DNA of 64,000 nucleotides from Bilabrum cf. latius. Lineage: Eukaryota. Below, in pieces: positions 36,601 through 47,181 of this stretch. The notes below the pieces were generated by a model. The model searched no databases. It saw only the letters and a program-made list of their open reading frames with translations, and was not told the origin of the DNA. A program made the position numbers and the translations under genes. The first letter of the stretch is position 1; every line of letters starts with the position of its first letter. The stretch is taken from contig OZ237737.1 of NCBI GenBank assembly GCA_965178125.1, forward strand, positions 1-64,000. Reading direction: 5' to 3'.

Positions 36601-38834
36601 CGTTCCAGGTCTTGCCTTGGGAAGCGGCAGAGCTGCTTCTGGCGGCTGTACTTGTGCCGGTTTGGATTTGCAACGCCCTGCTTGAGGAGATTCACGTGGT
36701 CGTTACTGGAACTGCACGCCCATTCAGCGTCCAGCGGGGCGTGGTCGGCGTGGCTGCATAGCGTTGCTTTGCAGCGGTTAGCAGGCTGTTCTCGTGCAGG
36801 CGATGGCGGCGCCATGGACGAGGCACCGAGTCGGTCATTCCAGCGGCACTCAAGACCAATGAGGCATACTACAGTGGGATGCACTCTCAAGTCGTTCCAG
36901 AGAGAGCTGGGGCCTTTGCAAGTGTTGCGGCAGCTGCCCCCACCGAACACGATTTGTCCGCAACACTGGTTGGCGGCGGAGCGAGCTCGCGATCGCTGCC
37001 TTTCGAAGAGACTTGTTGTTGCAAGGGAATGGACGTCATGCTCTGGTATATATGGCAAGTGTTTGCCTCAGTGTTTTTGCGACTTCCTTGCATGGTGCTC
37101 ATTGCGGGGGCGTGCACCGTGCTAGCAGCAGTGTATGCACTTCTTTTCGGCGGAATGTGGGTCCTGGTCCTGGCCTACGTGGTCCCCCGAGAAAATGCGA
37201 TTGTGGTGCTGGAAAACGATGTACGAAATCCTGGGGGTCCATTTGCTGGTCCGGCCGTGTGGGGAAGTGCTAGTTTGATGCAGTATGCTATGGTGCTGAG
37301 CTCGCCAGTGACCGCACCGCTGATGTTAGTGGCAGTGGGCTTCGCTGCGATGCTGCAAGAGCTAGACGACGAAGCGGTGCTCCCGTTTGATCCGACCGGC
37401 GCCACACGGCAGACGAACGAACCGAACGTGCTTCTGCAGGTGTGGAACTCTTGGTGGCCAGTGCTTCGGCGGCCGGAGGACGTCATCTATGGCCGGGAGC
37501 ACGCGGTGCGCAAAACCGCAGAGCTTCTTGGACTAGCAAAGGATATGGAGGAGCAGGAGGATGATACTGGGTGCTAGGCTGAAAGAACCGACGTGGGCAA
37601 TGCCACCAACTCTGGAAAAGGTAGTGGCCAGGTCGCTGCAGCTGCTCTGGCCAGCACCGATGATTCGACGCTGCCCCACCTCGGCACAGCCACCCCGCCC
37701 GTTGACATTTCAGAGACGCTCAAAGCGTCCATCTTGGGCTCTGCGGACAAGGTCGCTGTCGCCCGCTCCCGGCTCGAGCAATTGCAGCGATTGATCGACG
37801 GCGCGGAGGGAGAGCTGGCGGCGAAGCAGCTCGCGTTGAGCAGCCTGCAGGCAAACCAGGACGCCTCGCTGGCCCACTGGATCAACGATGAGTTTCAGAG
37901 AGGCAACGAAGTGACAGAGGCTCAAATGGCGGCAAAGCGGCAGGAATTCAGTCGGGACCATGCCGAGCTCGCTGCAGATGCTGAGCTAGCCAAGCGGACC
38001 CGAGACGCCCTCGCGCAGGAAGTGGCACAGGCGGTCCCCGAGGCGCATGGGATCCGGCGAGCAGATCTGTGGCTGCCACATGCAGGAGCTGCAGCTGTTT
38101 ACCCAGTGCTGATTGTGTTGGGTTGGTGCGCAGCCGCTGCTACATTCGCCGCCATTGGTGCTGTATCGCTGGCGTGCAATTCATACATGCTGCTGGGTTC
38201 GATCGTGCTTCTACCCTTCACATTTCTGGCGTTGCGGCTTGGCGGTGGCATCACAGGGGCGTCCATCCCGGAGGAGTTGCTCGTCTCGCTGCTGGCTGGC
38301 AGCACGCTGGCCCACAGGCTCGGCTAGGCGGTGCACGCTGCCACAGGCGTTCTGTGCATCTGGCCTGTGCTCGCCCTAGGCATGGCGCTTGATGCTTGGA
38401 CGGAAGGTAGCCTGCCGCGACTAGCAGGCAGCACTTCGCGATACGTGCCACCTCAGCAGGGCGCAGGGGAAGGAGGCCAGAGCACCCACGATGACGAGGA
38501 GCTCTCCGTGCCGGTGCCCCTGCTCGCCCTGGCGCAGGTGCCGCGAGCATTGCATTCAATGTGCACGTGGATCTGGCCCCCTGGCTTTCGGAGCAAGTTG
38601 GCAATGGAGGACACGAAGGCTGCAGACAAGCGAGGTGACGTGCGTCCCTTCGATCGCGCGGCACAGTGTGCCAAGATGCTGGTCGAGGGACGGCCGGCAA
38701 TCCTTGTGGTGGGGGTGCCCCCGTCCACCGAGGTTTGTCAGCCCACACCAGACAAAACCATGCTCCACATTGGGCACGCAGTGGTGTATGCAGCTGCTGC
38801 TTTGGTGGTCATCCTTCCGGTTGCCCTGACTTGA
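33618..38834 (+). CDS. RBR (RING1-IBR-RING2) E3 ubiquitin ligase with long multi-transmembrane C-terminus, ~1738 aa
   Basis: CPIC..C..H..C..C..CP..C (RING1); CPRC...CARC..YC..H..H..C (IBR); CPSCG[TAG]GVHKTEACNHMTCPCGQHFCYLC (RING2 with catalytic Cys). Seven track ORFs share one frame, joined by TAG. Confidence 0.85.
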
Positions 38835-38972
38835 GAGAGAGGGAGAGAAAATAGAGTTTTCGCACGCAGTTCATTACCAGAGACAATCCGAGGACTGCCA
38901 AAGTGAGAGAGAGAGAGAGAAAATAGAGTTTTCGCACGCAATTCAATACCAGAGACAATCCGAGGACTGCCA
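38832..38972. repeat. Imperfect tandem duplication, 72-bp period, 2 copies
   Basis: TGAGAGAGAG...AAAATAGAGTTTTCGCACGCA...CCAGAGACAATCCGAGGACTGCCA begins at 38832 and again at 38904. Confidence 0.9.
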
Positions 38973-39131
38973 CCAAAGTAACGCGCACCTTAACAGGGGA
39001 CCCAGCTGTACCCGCGTTGGCGGAGCCAGTCAGGACCTGAAAAGGCCTCTGAAGAAATAGTTGGTCTGGTTAAGACCGATACATGCCTAGGACCCGTGTC
39101 CTAAGCGCATCGCGTTGAGATCTCCTGGGAG

Positions 39132-39698
39132 TCAGACCCAGTCGAACGTCCGCAGTGAGGGAGCATGCGCGAGGAAGGCCTGGCGAGGCGTGAGGCGTTC
39201 AGCCTCTCGCCACCAGACCGCCACATAGTCCGCCTCTAGGACTTGTTGCCTGCTCCAGATCCGGGAGCGTGCTAGCCTTGCCGTTCCCTTCGCCCAGATG
39301 CGTTCTAGCACCTGAAGCTCCTTGCTGAGGGCGCAACGGCCCAGCGTTCCTGTCATCCACTCTCCGATGAACTAGTTCTCGGAGGGATTCAGTATGTGTC
39401 CGAGCGGGTGGGCTCGGATTGCAAGGTCTCGGGCTGTTGGGCTGCCCGAGCTGAGTTGTTCAGCTACGCACAGTTGGCAGGACTACAACCCCTCGATGGC
39501 TCGTCCGAAGCTCTCATTGGCCCTCTGCTACAAGCGTCGGATTGCACGTCGGCACCGTTCTGTGTGTGTAAGTGACTTGATCCCCTCACAGGCAGTGGTT
39601 CCGGCTTGCGGCGAGGCAATGAAACTGCGAAGATCTACTCTACTCGTTTCGGCCGCATAGTGAAACCATAATAATAATTGGTAGCGATACATGAGCAT
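39132..39698 (-). CDS. Hypothetical protein (TAG=Gln)
   Basis: Track ORFs 39528..39740 and 39132..39356 are in one frame, linked through three TAGs; no recognisable motif. Confidence 0.35.
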
Positions 39699-39720
39699 AT
39701 CTACTAGTCTGCTTGAAGAA

Positions 39721-40506
39721 ATGTGTGGGTTCCCTCCCAATCACTTGGACGCCGCGGAGGTATGCTTGACATCATCTTGCGGACTGCCCAGCAAACGCCC
39801 GCAGTCCTGGCTGCCAGTACGAGCAACAAGAGAGGTGATAGATATTGTATCATAGGATTCTGCATCCAAATGTCATGTTGAAGGGGTAGCGTAGCATAGT
39901 CTACACTTCATGTTCAGTGATTGCATTGAGGTTCGAGCCGCTTTCTTGGAGCTACAGCACGCGAAGTCTGCTCTCATATCTCCACCAGTGACTGATACAT
40001 CATCTATTGATAGGGGAAGATTGCCGAGACGCGCAATTGGACGGTCGTCCATCTTTGTGTACGCAGGCTCGCCTACGCCCTTCGTTTTTCCGTTTGATAT
40101 TCCCATCGACTTGGATGAACGAAATCGGGTGCTTACCGATGAGCAGGCCATTAATATAATACATTTTACGAGAGGTATTGACCCTCACCAAGAAAAAATA
40201 GATGAAAGGGCCGAAGGCACGGTGTCAATGGCCGCAAGTGCTGGCTCTGGAAGCAGCCGTGAAGCCGATGATCTCGACCCAATCCCCGCTCCCGGCGACG
40301 CCTCTTCTCAGCATAGACGCACGGGAGGGGATGATCCGGCGGTAGGAGTCCTTATGCCGCACTCGATCGTCCTTAAGCTCGGGGGTCCCTCGCCGGTGCA
40401 CAAAGCCGGCTCCACGGCCGAGTCGGGGCCGTTTGCGCTGTTCCGGGCTGCAACTGAAGGTGCAGGATCAAAGTCACTGGCAATGGCAGGTAGAACTACC
40501 ACGTAA
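39721..40506 (+). CDS. Hypothetical protein (TAG=Gln)
   Basis: ATG at 39721 is in frame with ORF 39910..40506 through two TAGs; introns possible. Confidence 0.45.
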
Positions 40507-40706
40507 ACCAGCTGTGGCCCATCGCCCCAAATAGCCGCGACCAGTCGTGTGGGCTTGTCTGTCATGAGCTGTACAAGGTGGTGCAGGTGCCGCCTGTGAC
40601 ACCCAGCATACCACATGCCGGCTGCGTGATGCTCGAATGCGAGGATGAGCAAGCCAGATACGCCAACCACTGGTATACGGGGGGTAGACCTGCCAGTGGG
40701 TCACGA

Positions 40707-41609
40707 TCACGACCCACCGCCGCTCGCTGCACCTGGCTCGATCTCGCTGCTACCTGCCCCTGTCTCATCGGATTCTCGATCCGAGGGGAGGGTGGCCTGG
40801 AATTCTGCCCAGTCCACAGTGGTGGGCCCCCTTGTCTCTGCTCCTGCTGCGGTCGATGGGGGCACTGGGGTGGCACGTAGGTCGAGGCCCGGCCGGAGCC
40901 TGCAGAAGTACACGTGGGCCTTGAAGTGGACATCCGCATCTGCGCTTCCAGTTGATGCGTCGCCTCCCATAGAGCTAGTTAAGCTTGCCTCATCCAGCGC
41001 AGGGGATTCGCCTGCCAGTGATGGCTTGTGGCCTGGCAAGAGGCGCCGGGCGCATGACACCGTCCGGAGGCGCCTCACGTACATGTTGGCACTCCAGTCC
41101 AGACCGGGGGGAACTGGGCCAGCTACCCCTGCGGTAGAATCACTACGGGCATCGTATCCCTCGAGCTCGTCCATGGCAGCCTTGGCTTTCTCGTATTGGC
41201 TGTCGCTGAACCAGATGAGTTCCCCGCGTATGGCCTTCGCTGGCAGAGGCGTCTGCGCCGCAGGAAGTTCCTTGCTGATCGAGTAGAAGAAGTGCGCCTC
41301 AGAATCTGCAGGCATAGCGCTAGGATCCTCAGCTACTTCGAAAAGGCCTGGGAAGTTCGTATCGTCGAAGTGGAACATTGAGGCACCGTGACTGTCATCA
41401 ATGTGCAAAGTGGCGGGCGCTGAATAGGCCTCCGTGCCCCCTACACACCGATCACGATTCTTGAAACCAGAACGCAGCGTTCCGTAGACAAAGAAGGGCA
41501 CGGTGGATGGAAGAGTGCTCGGTGGTTTCGGTGAGCTGCTGCTGCTCTCGCTCTCGGCCATGCGTAGTGCCCCTTGGCTAGCTGATTTAATAACCTTGCC
41601 AATATCCAT
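40707..41609 (-). CDS. Gamma-glutamylcyclotransferase/AIG2-like protein
   Basis: FFVYGTLRSG, IRGELI, MDELEGY, MYVRR, AHVY motifs; TGA stop. Confidence 0.8.
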   Translation of the reverse strand: MDIGKVIKSASQGALRMAESESSSSSPKPPSTLPSTVPFFVYGTLRSGFKNRDRCVGGTEAYSAPATLHIDDSHGASMFHFDDTNFPGLFEVAEDPSAMPADSEAHFFYSISKELPAAQTPLPAKAIRGELIWFSDSQYEKAKAAMDELEGYDARSDSTAGVAGPVPPGLDWSANMYVRRLRTVSCARRLLPGHKPSLAGESPALDEASLTSSMGGDASTGSADADVHFKAHVYFCRLRPGLDLRATPVPPSTAAGAETRGPTTVDWAEFQATLPSDRESDETGAGSSEIEPGAASGGGS

Positions 41610-41743
41610 CGTCAAAAGTTCAAAAATAAGCCTTTGTTTCTGTGCATGATCGACGCGTCGCCCAGCTTTCAGACTGTTGGTGGAACCGCACGCAACGATT
41701 CAAAAAAAAGTGCAAACGGCAACTGCGGTAAACCTGCCCTAAA

Positions 41744-43258
41744 ATGGAGGGATTGATATCTGCTAAACAACGTCATGCGACTCAAGAGTTATACAATTCT
41801 CTGTAGTGCGCTGGATTACTCGATGGGCGAAACTTGAGAGAGTGAGTAGCTGGTTGCTGTGTGCGATAGCAGTCGATTCTTCATGTGGAAAAAATGGGTC
41901 CGGTTTCCGCGGATCTCCTGCTCCCACAATGTACCCTGCGCAGACTTGTTAAATATTCGGAGCCATCGAATGCTCTAGACCTGTTAGGGGACCTCCTGGG
42001 TCGCTGCTGCCCTGCAGTTGCTAGAAACATGCTGGAGGCTGGAATCACCGTGGTAGGCAAGACTGGTAATGAATTGGCCACTGCCATCTTGTGTGCTGCG
42101 GTTCAAGTTCTTGCATTAAAACCGTCGCTTAGCCCCTCCCAATTTATGGCACATGGGAGGTATGCAGCTCGGCGGATGGGCTTATGCGCAGCCGTGGTGG
42201 GTGCCGCAGCTCAGGCCGAGCTGGATGCACGCCAGAGCAAACCTACGATAAAGCGGGTGGCCCCATACGCTCGTAATGCATCCCAGAGTACAACGTCAGT
42301 GCAACGGGCAAAGGTTTCGGCACCGTTTTCTAGCAAGGCGGCAGGCCGGCGCCCACGTGCCACTCCCAGTAGCGCCTCTGCGACCGCCCTCGGGCCACCA
42401 GTGCCCGTCCCGGGGCGCAGGGAAGCGGGCGGGTCCCGCCTCGGCTCCATGGCGGGGATCAGATGCAAGAAATAGGGCTCGTTGGAGTGGGATTGGGCCA
42501 GCGATGACACGCTGGCCGTGCTGCGGCAGGTGCGCATTGCTGCCGAGCGTGTAGAAAGACGCGTGCTGGGCATCGAGGCCCGGCTGTAGTAGGCCGAGGA
42601 TGTGCTTTTGCGTGGTGCTGGTGATGCTAGCGTGGCGGTAGCAGCCTTACCGAGGCCCGGGATTGGACAGGAGGGGCGCGAGGGCGAAGCTTTCCAGGGC
42701 GAGGTCGGGGAATGGGGCGAGGGCCACTCAGGGGGCGAGGGCGAGGGCGAGGGCGAGGGCGAGGGGCTGTCCTCTGTGGGCGCGCTTGCCTTCTCCCAAG
42801 AGACAGGGCAGGAACAGGAGCAGGATCATGATCTGCATGCCGCAGTCCAAGGCAAAGGGGGTTTGCTGATGGGCAGCGGCAACATTCAGTTGCAGCAGGA
42901 GGAGGAGGAGGAGACTTTGATGCAGGAGGTCACTAGCCTGGGCTCAGGTAGAGCGATGCAGGAGGTCACTAGCCTGGGCTCAGGTAGAGCGATGCAGGAG
43001 GTCACTAGCCTGGGCTCAGGTAGAGCGATGCAGCCCTCGTCTGCGGCAGCAGCTGCACCCTGGTCACTGGAGCATGCAGCGATCGAGACGACGGAAAGGG
43101 CTCACACTACCGAGGGCTAGGTCCCGCGAGAGACCCCTGCGGTGCCCTCCGCTCAGGTGCAGCACCTGCTGGCCCGGCTGGGGGAGGGCATCGCGAGGAC
43201 ACAGTAGATAGTGGCGCGGGTCGAGGGGCTCAGAGGGACTGGGACGAGGTCGACTTGA
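41744..43258 (+). CDS. CEP44: Centrosomal protein CEP44-like; intron 41842-41943
   Basis: VARNMLEAGITVVGKT...LKPSLSPSQFMAHGRYAARRM resembles the CEP44 N-terminal domain. Frame continues through TAGs to TGA at 43256. Confidence 0.6.
42920..43033 (+). repeat. 36-bp coding tandem repeat x3 (MQEVTSLGSGRA)
   Basis: ATGCAGGAGGTCACTAGCCTGGGCTCAGGTAGAGCG repeated exactly. Confidence 0.95.
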
Positions 43259-43487
43259 AGGGCATGGAATGGCATTATTATGGTGTCTTTAGTGTGCCGT
43301 TGTTGTGTGCAACTGTTGCGACCACCACACTGCTCGTTTGCGATCAAACCCTGGTCGTCCGGAACCGGAACATAGCCGGCGGCACGATGTGAGGCTGGAT
43401 GCGGCCCTTCACATTCGGCTCTCACGCGGTGCTGCTTAGGCCTACGCTCGCCTGTAACCGAATTGATCACCCCATTTACTTGGAGCC

Positions 43488-46400
43488 ATGGACAGCAACA
43501 AGGCTGGCGCTGCCAGTGGCAGCATGGTCCCAGTTTCCACGCCAGATCCAGCCTCCAATAGTGGTGGCATGGCAGCTGCATCAACCCCTAGTAGAGGGAT
43601 AAACGACATTCATATTGGTGATTTTACCACGCCGTCCGGAGGTCCGTTTGCTTCGATGGACTCTAGTTTATCTGGGGGTTCTTCCCATGGCATCGATTTG
43701 GATGCCAACGGCACGCCAACCGAAGTTGATGAATCTTCCCCGCCGGTATAGAGGGCCACCCACGACGCCAAAGCAGTTCGAGTCGATACTTTATAGAAAG
43801 CGAGTGAAGGAGGACCGGTGGAATCATTAGATTCTCAAGGAAAACCCGTATCGGTGCAACCGGGTGTACCAGCCAGGCGTCGGCTGCGAAGGCAAGATGA
43901 ATCCCCTCTAATTTTGAGCCCGTCACTATCGTCAAACCATCCTTTGTCTCCTTTCGTGCAACGGAATCGGGCGCGACCGGGGCCTGCTGAGAGCAGGGCG
44001 TCTTCTATGGGTGCGGTCGATTCACCTGCAGCAGGTTTAGGGGGTATGCAAAATAAGCCCAGGCATGAATAGGGAGGCTCTTCGTATTCCAGCCAAGTCA
44101 GCCAAGCTGCGCCCCCGACTATTCCAGAGGATAGCGATGAACTCTCTGCGCGCGGTGGTGCAGCGGTGGGTGGATAGGCAGCAATGGGCGATAGCTTCGC
44201 ACTTAGTGGTGCACCGCAGCAGGAGAGCACCTCGCAAGGCGTATCACGGTTCAATGAATCTATGCGTACGGATGGGACGCCGTCAGCATCACTATCACTT
44301 GCACCAGCACCAGCACCAGCACCAGCACCAGCACCAGCACCAGCACCAGCACCAGCACCAGCACCAGCACCAGCACCAGCACCAGCACCAGCACCAGCAC
44401 CAGCACCAGCACCAGCGGCAGTACCAGCACCAGCACCAGCACCAGCACCAGCACCAGCACCAGCGGCAGTACCAGCCCCGGCAGCTGGCCCTGTTCCAGT
44501 ACCTCCTGACACGGCGTTACTAGCTCAAATTGATGACTTGCGCACCAGGTTGCATGCTGTGCAACACGATGCCTCTAGTGCCAGAGCGGCCCTGGGCTCT
44601 TCTCAGCAGGAAATGCACCGCCTGGAGGCACGAGCAAGTGGGAGTGAGGGGCAGCTGCTGGCGGCCCGCGAGGAGGCGAAGCAGATGAGGGAGCTGATCT
44701 AGAGGCTCAACGGAGAGCTGCGCGCATCCCACGGCAAGCTGGAGGAGGAGGTGCAGCGGAGGGTGGCCCTCAGTGGTCAGCTGGGGGAGGCCAGGAAGGC
44801 AGCCGAGACGGCAGCTCGCACCAGGCCTGCGAGCGGATCATCACACGATGAGGCAAAATTGGCTGCGCTGGTGGCAGAGCGGGCACGATTGCAGGTAGAG
44901 CTCCAGCAGGAGAAGGAAAAGTCTGAGGCACTTCGGCAACAACTGGAGGCAAACGCATCTGAGATGACTGTGCAGATCGATAGGTCCGCTGCGCTTGTTC
45001 AGGACTTGCACGAGTAGAAGGCCGCCGTAGAGGTGCAGGGCAAGCAGCTGAACGAGATGGAGGAGGCGCAGACAGCGCTGCAAGCAAGGCACGTCGCGAT
45101 CGCATCGGAAGTAGAAGATCTGCGCGTCAGGTTGGGTGAGGCGGAGGCGGCTGCTGAGCAGTAGAAGCACCTGCGCGAGACGGCTGAGGCGGGCTTCGAC
45201 GAGCGAGCAGCAGCCCTGCAGGAGGACGTGGGCAAGCTGGTGCAGGCGGCCGACAGCACCAAGCAGCAGCACGCCGCGGTCAAGGAAGAGCTCGCTGCTG
45301 CACAGCAAGAGCTCAAAGACGTAAAGTAGGCTCTAGAGGCGAGTCGCTCTGAGGCCGAGGAGCTCCGGCGGGAGATGCAGGCCGACAGGCAGCAAGTGCA
45401 CGAGCAGCAGCAGGAGACATTAGACACCTTGGCGGAGTCCCGCGAGTTGATTGATGCGCTGGAAGGCAGGGTCGGGGCAGAGCGGCTGCGATCCAGGGAT
45501 CTGGGTCGTCGGGCAGAAGATGCCGAGCACCAGCTGGCATCGTCCGGCAAGCAGCTCCTCGACGCAGAGGTGTCCATGTCCGCTCTGCGCGAGGAGCTCG
45601 AGGCGGCCAGGGCAGGATTAGAGGACGCGAGGGCCCGGAGTCGGAAAAAGATGACGGTGCTCCATTCGACAGGGCGCAAGACGGTGCTGGCTGCTTCCCC
45701 GGGGTCGCCCGCACAGTCAGATGCACCGGAGCAACAATTGGCGCTTGCGAGCACAGCTCCTTCAGTCGAGATCATGGAGGCCACTGGCAGCGCCAGCCGG
45801 GGCACAAACCGGGCCACCACGCGGCTAGGCAGAGCCGGGGGCTCCACACGGAGATCGAAGGCGGCTGCATCTCGCGAGGCTCGGCTCAGCGTGGAGCTGC
45901 GGCGCGTATCTCAGCTCCATGATCAGGCGGTGCGCTCGCTCCGAGACGCCCGCACCCAGTGCGCCTCCCTCCGATCCAGGCTCGCGGGGGCAGAAGACAC
46001 CGTGAGAGCGGCGCAGGAGGCCCGCAAGCGGACGAAGCAGGCGGCTCGCAGAACGGAGCAGCTGTGGAAGGCGAGGTGGCAGCGGGCCTGCAGCGTGATC
46101 CGCAGGCTGCTCGAGCAGCAGTAGGGAGCTGGGCATGACGGTGGGCCTGCGTCAACGGGTGGCTTGAGCGACGAAGTGGTTGGCGAGAGAATTCTCGCCG
46201 CCCCCACGGTGAGCAGAGAGGACGTGATCGCGGTGCTGCGTGCGGCCGGAGCTGAGCTAGGGAGGGCCGCCAGCGCCGTGTAGGAGAGCCGGGCCAGTCG
46301 AACGGATGCGAGTGGTGCCGATTCCGACGTGCGTGCAATGGCTGCCCATGCTCATGCACTGCTGAATCTGCCGCTATCGGGTAAAGCTGGTGATATAATC

Positions 46401-47087
46401 GACAACCGCAGTCCGGTTCGTGGAGCTGCAGCTAGCAACGGCGATCTTGAGAGGGACAGCCCGCGGTCCAATGAGCGTGATGAGGCGGTTGAGCTGGATG
46501 CGCTGGTGCGAGCTGGCAAAGAGCAGCCCAACCAAGGCAGTGGCGAGAAACAGGCAGCCTCCCCCGCCCTCAGCGAGGATCTAGTGGCGCTCAGGAACAT
46601 CATATCGCCCCCTCCCCAGCGGCAGCTTGCCCGTGCAATCGGCCGTGGCAAGGCAGACCCCAGTCCCAGTGGAATCCAGGATGGTGAGGACCGCGAGGAC
46701 GGCTCTCCTGGCTCTCTGCTGGAAGGCACGATGGGAATGGATGACGAATCGCTGCTGGATGAGGAGGAGGGCCGCGCGAAACAGACAGCAGCGGGGAGTG
46801 AGCAAGAGACAGGTGGTGTGGCTGACGCGAGCGAGCTGCACACGCCAGGCCACCGGCTGTCCTCTCCAGAGGCCACGGATCGGAGCAGCGGGTAGCCTGC
46901 CGATAGCGGTGCAGGCGGATCCCCAGATAGCGTCGACGCCACCACGACTCGGTTCGTGTCCCCGCCCCCGGGGAGTGCAGCCAGACGAGGGACCAAGACA
47001 AGGACACCCCGCAGCTCGCATGCCAAGAGCGCGTACGGCTCGAGGAGCGGCATCGCCAGCAGCACCAGGCGTTTGTGGCGCAAATGA
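43488..47087 (+). CDS. Large coiled-coil protein with Ala-Pro linker, ~1199 aa (TAG=Gln)
   Basis: Six track ORFs in one frame separated only by TAG; E/Q/A/L/R heptad-rich core; TGA at 47085. Confidence 0.78.
44301..44476 (+). repeat. (GCACCA)n coding hexamer repeat (poly Ala-Pro)
   Basis: Direct inspection. Confidence 0.95.
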
Positions 47088-47181
47088 ATCGAACGTGGCG
47101 CGTCTTAAATTGTGTGCATGAAGATCGATAGCAAGCCAGTTTGTTACAGCTCTGCAAGCAGACACAAACGGACGCACCCAT

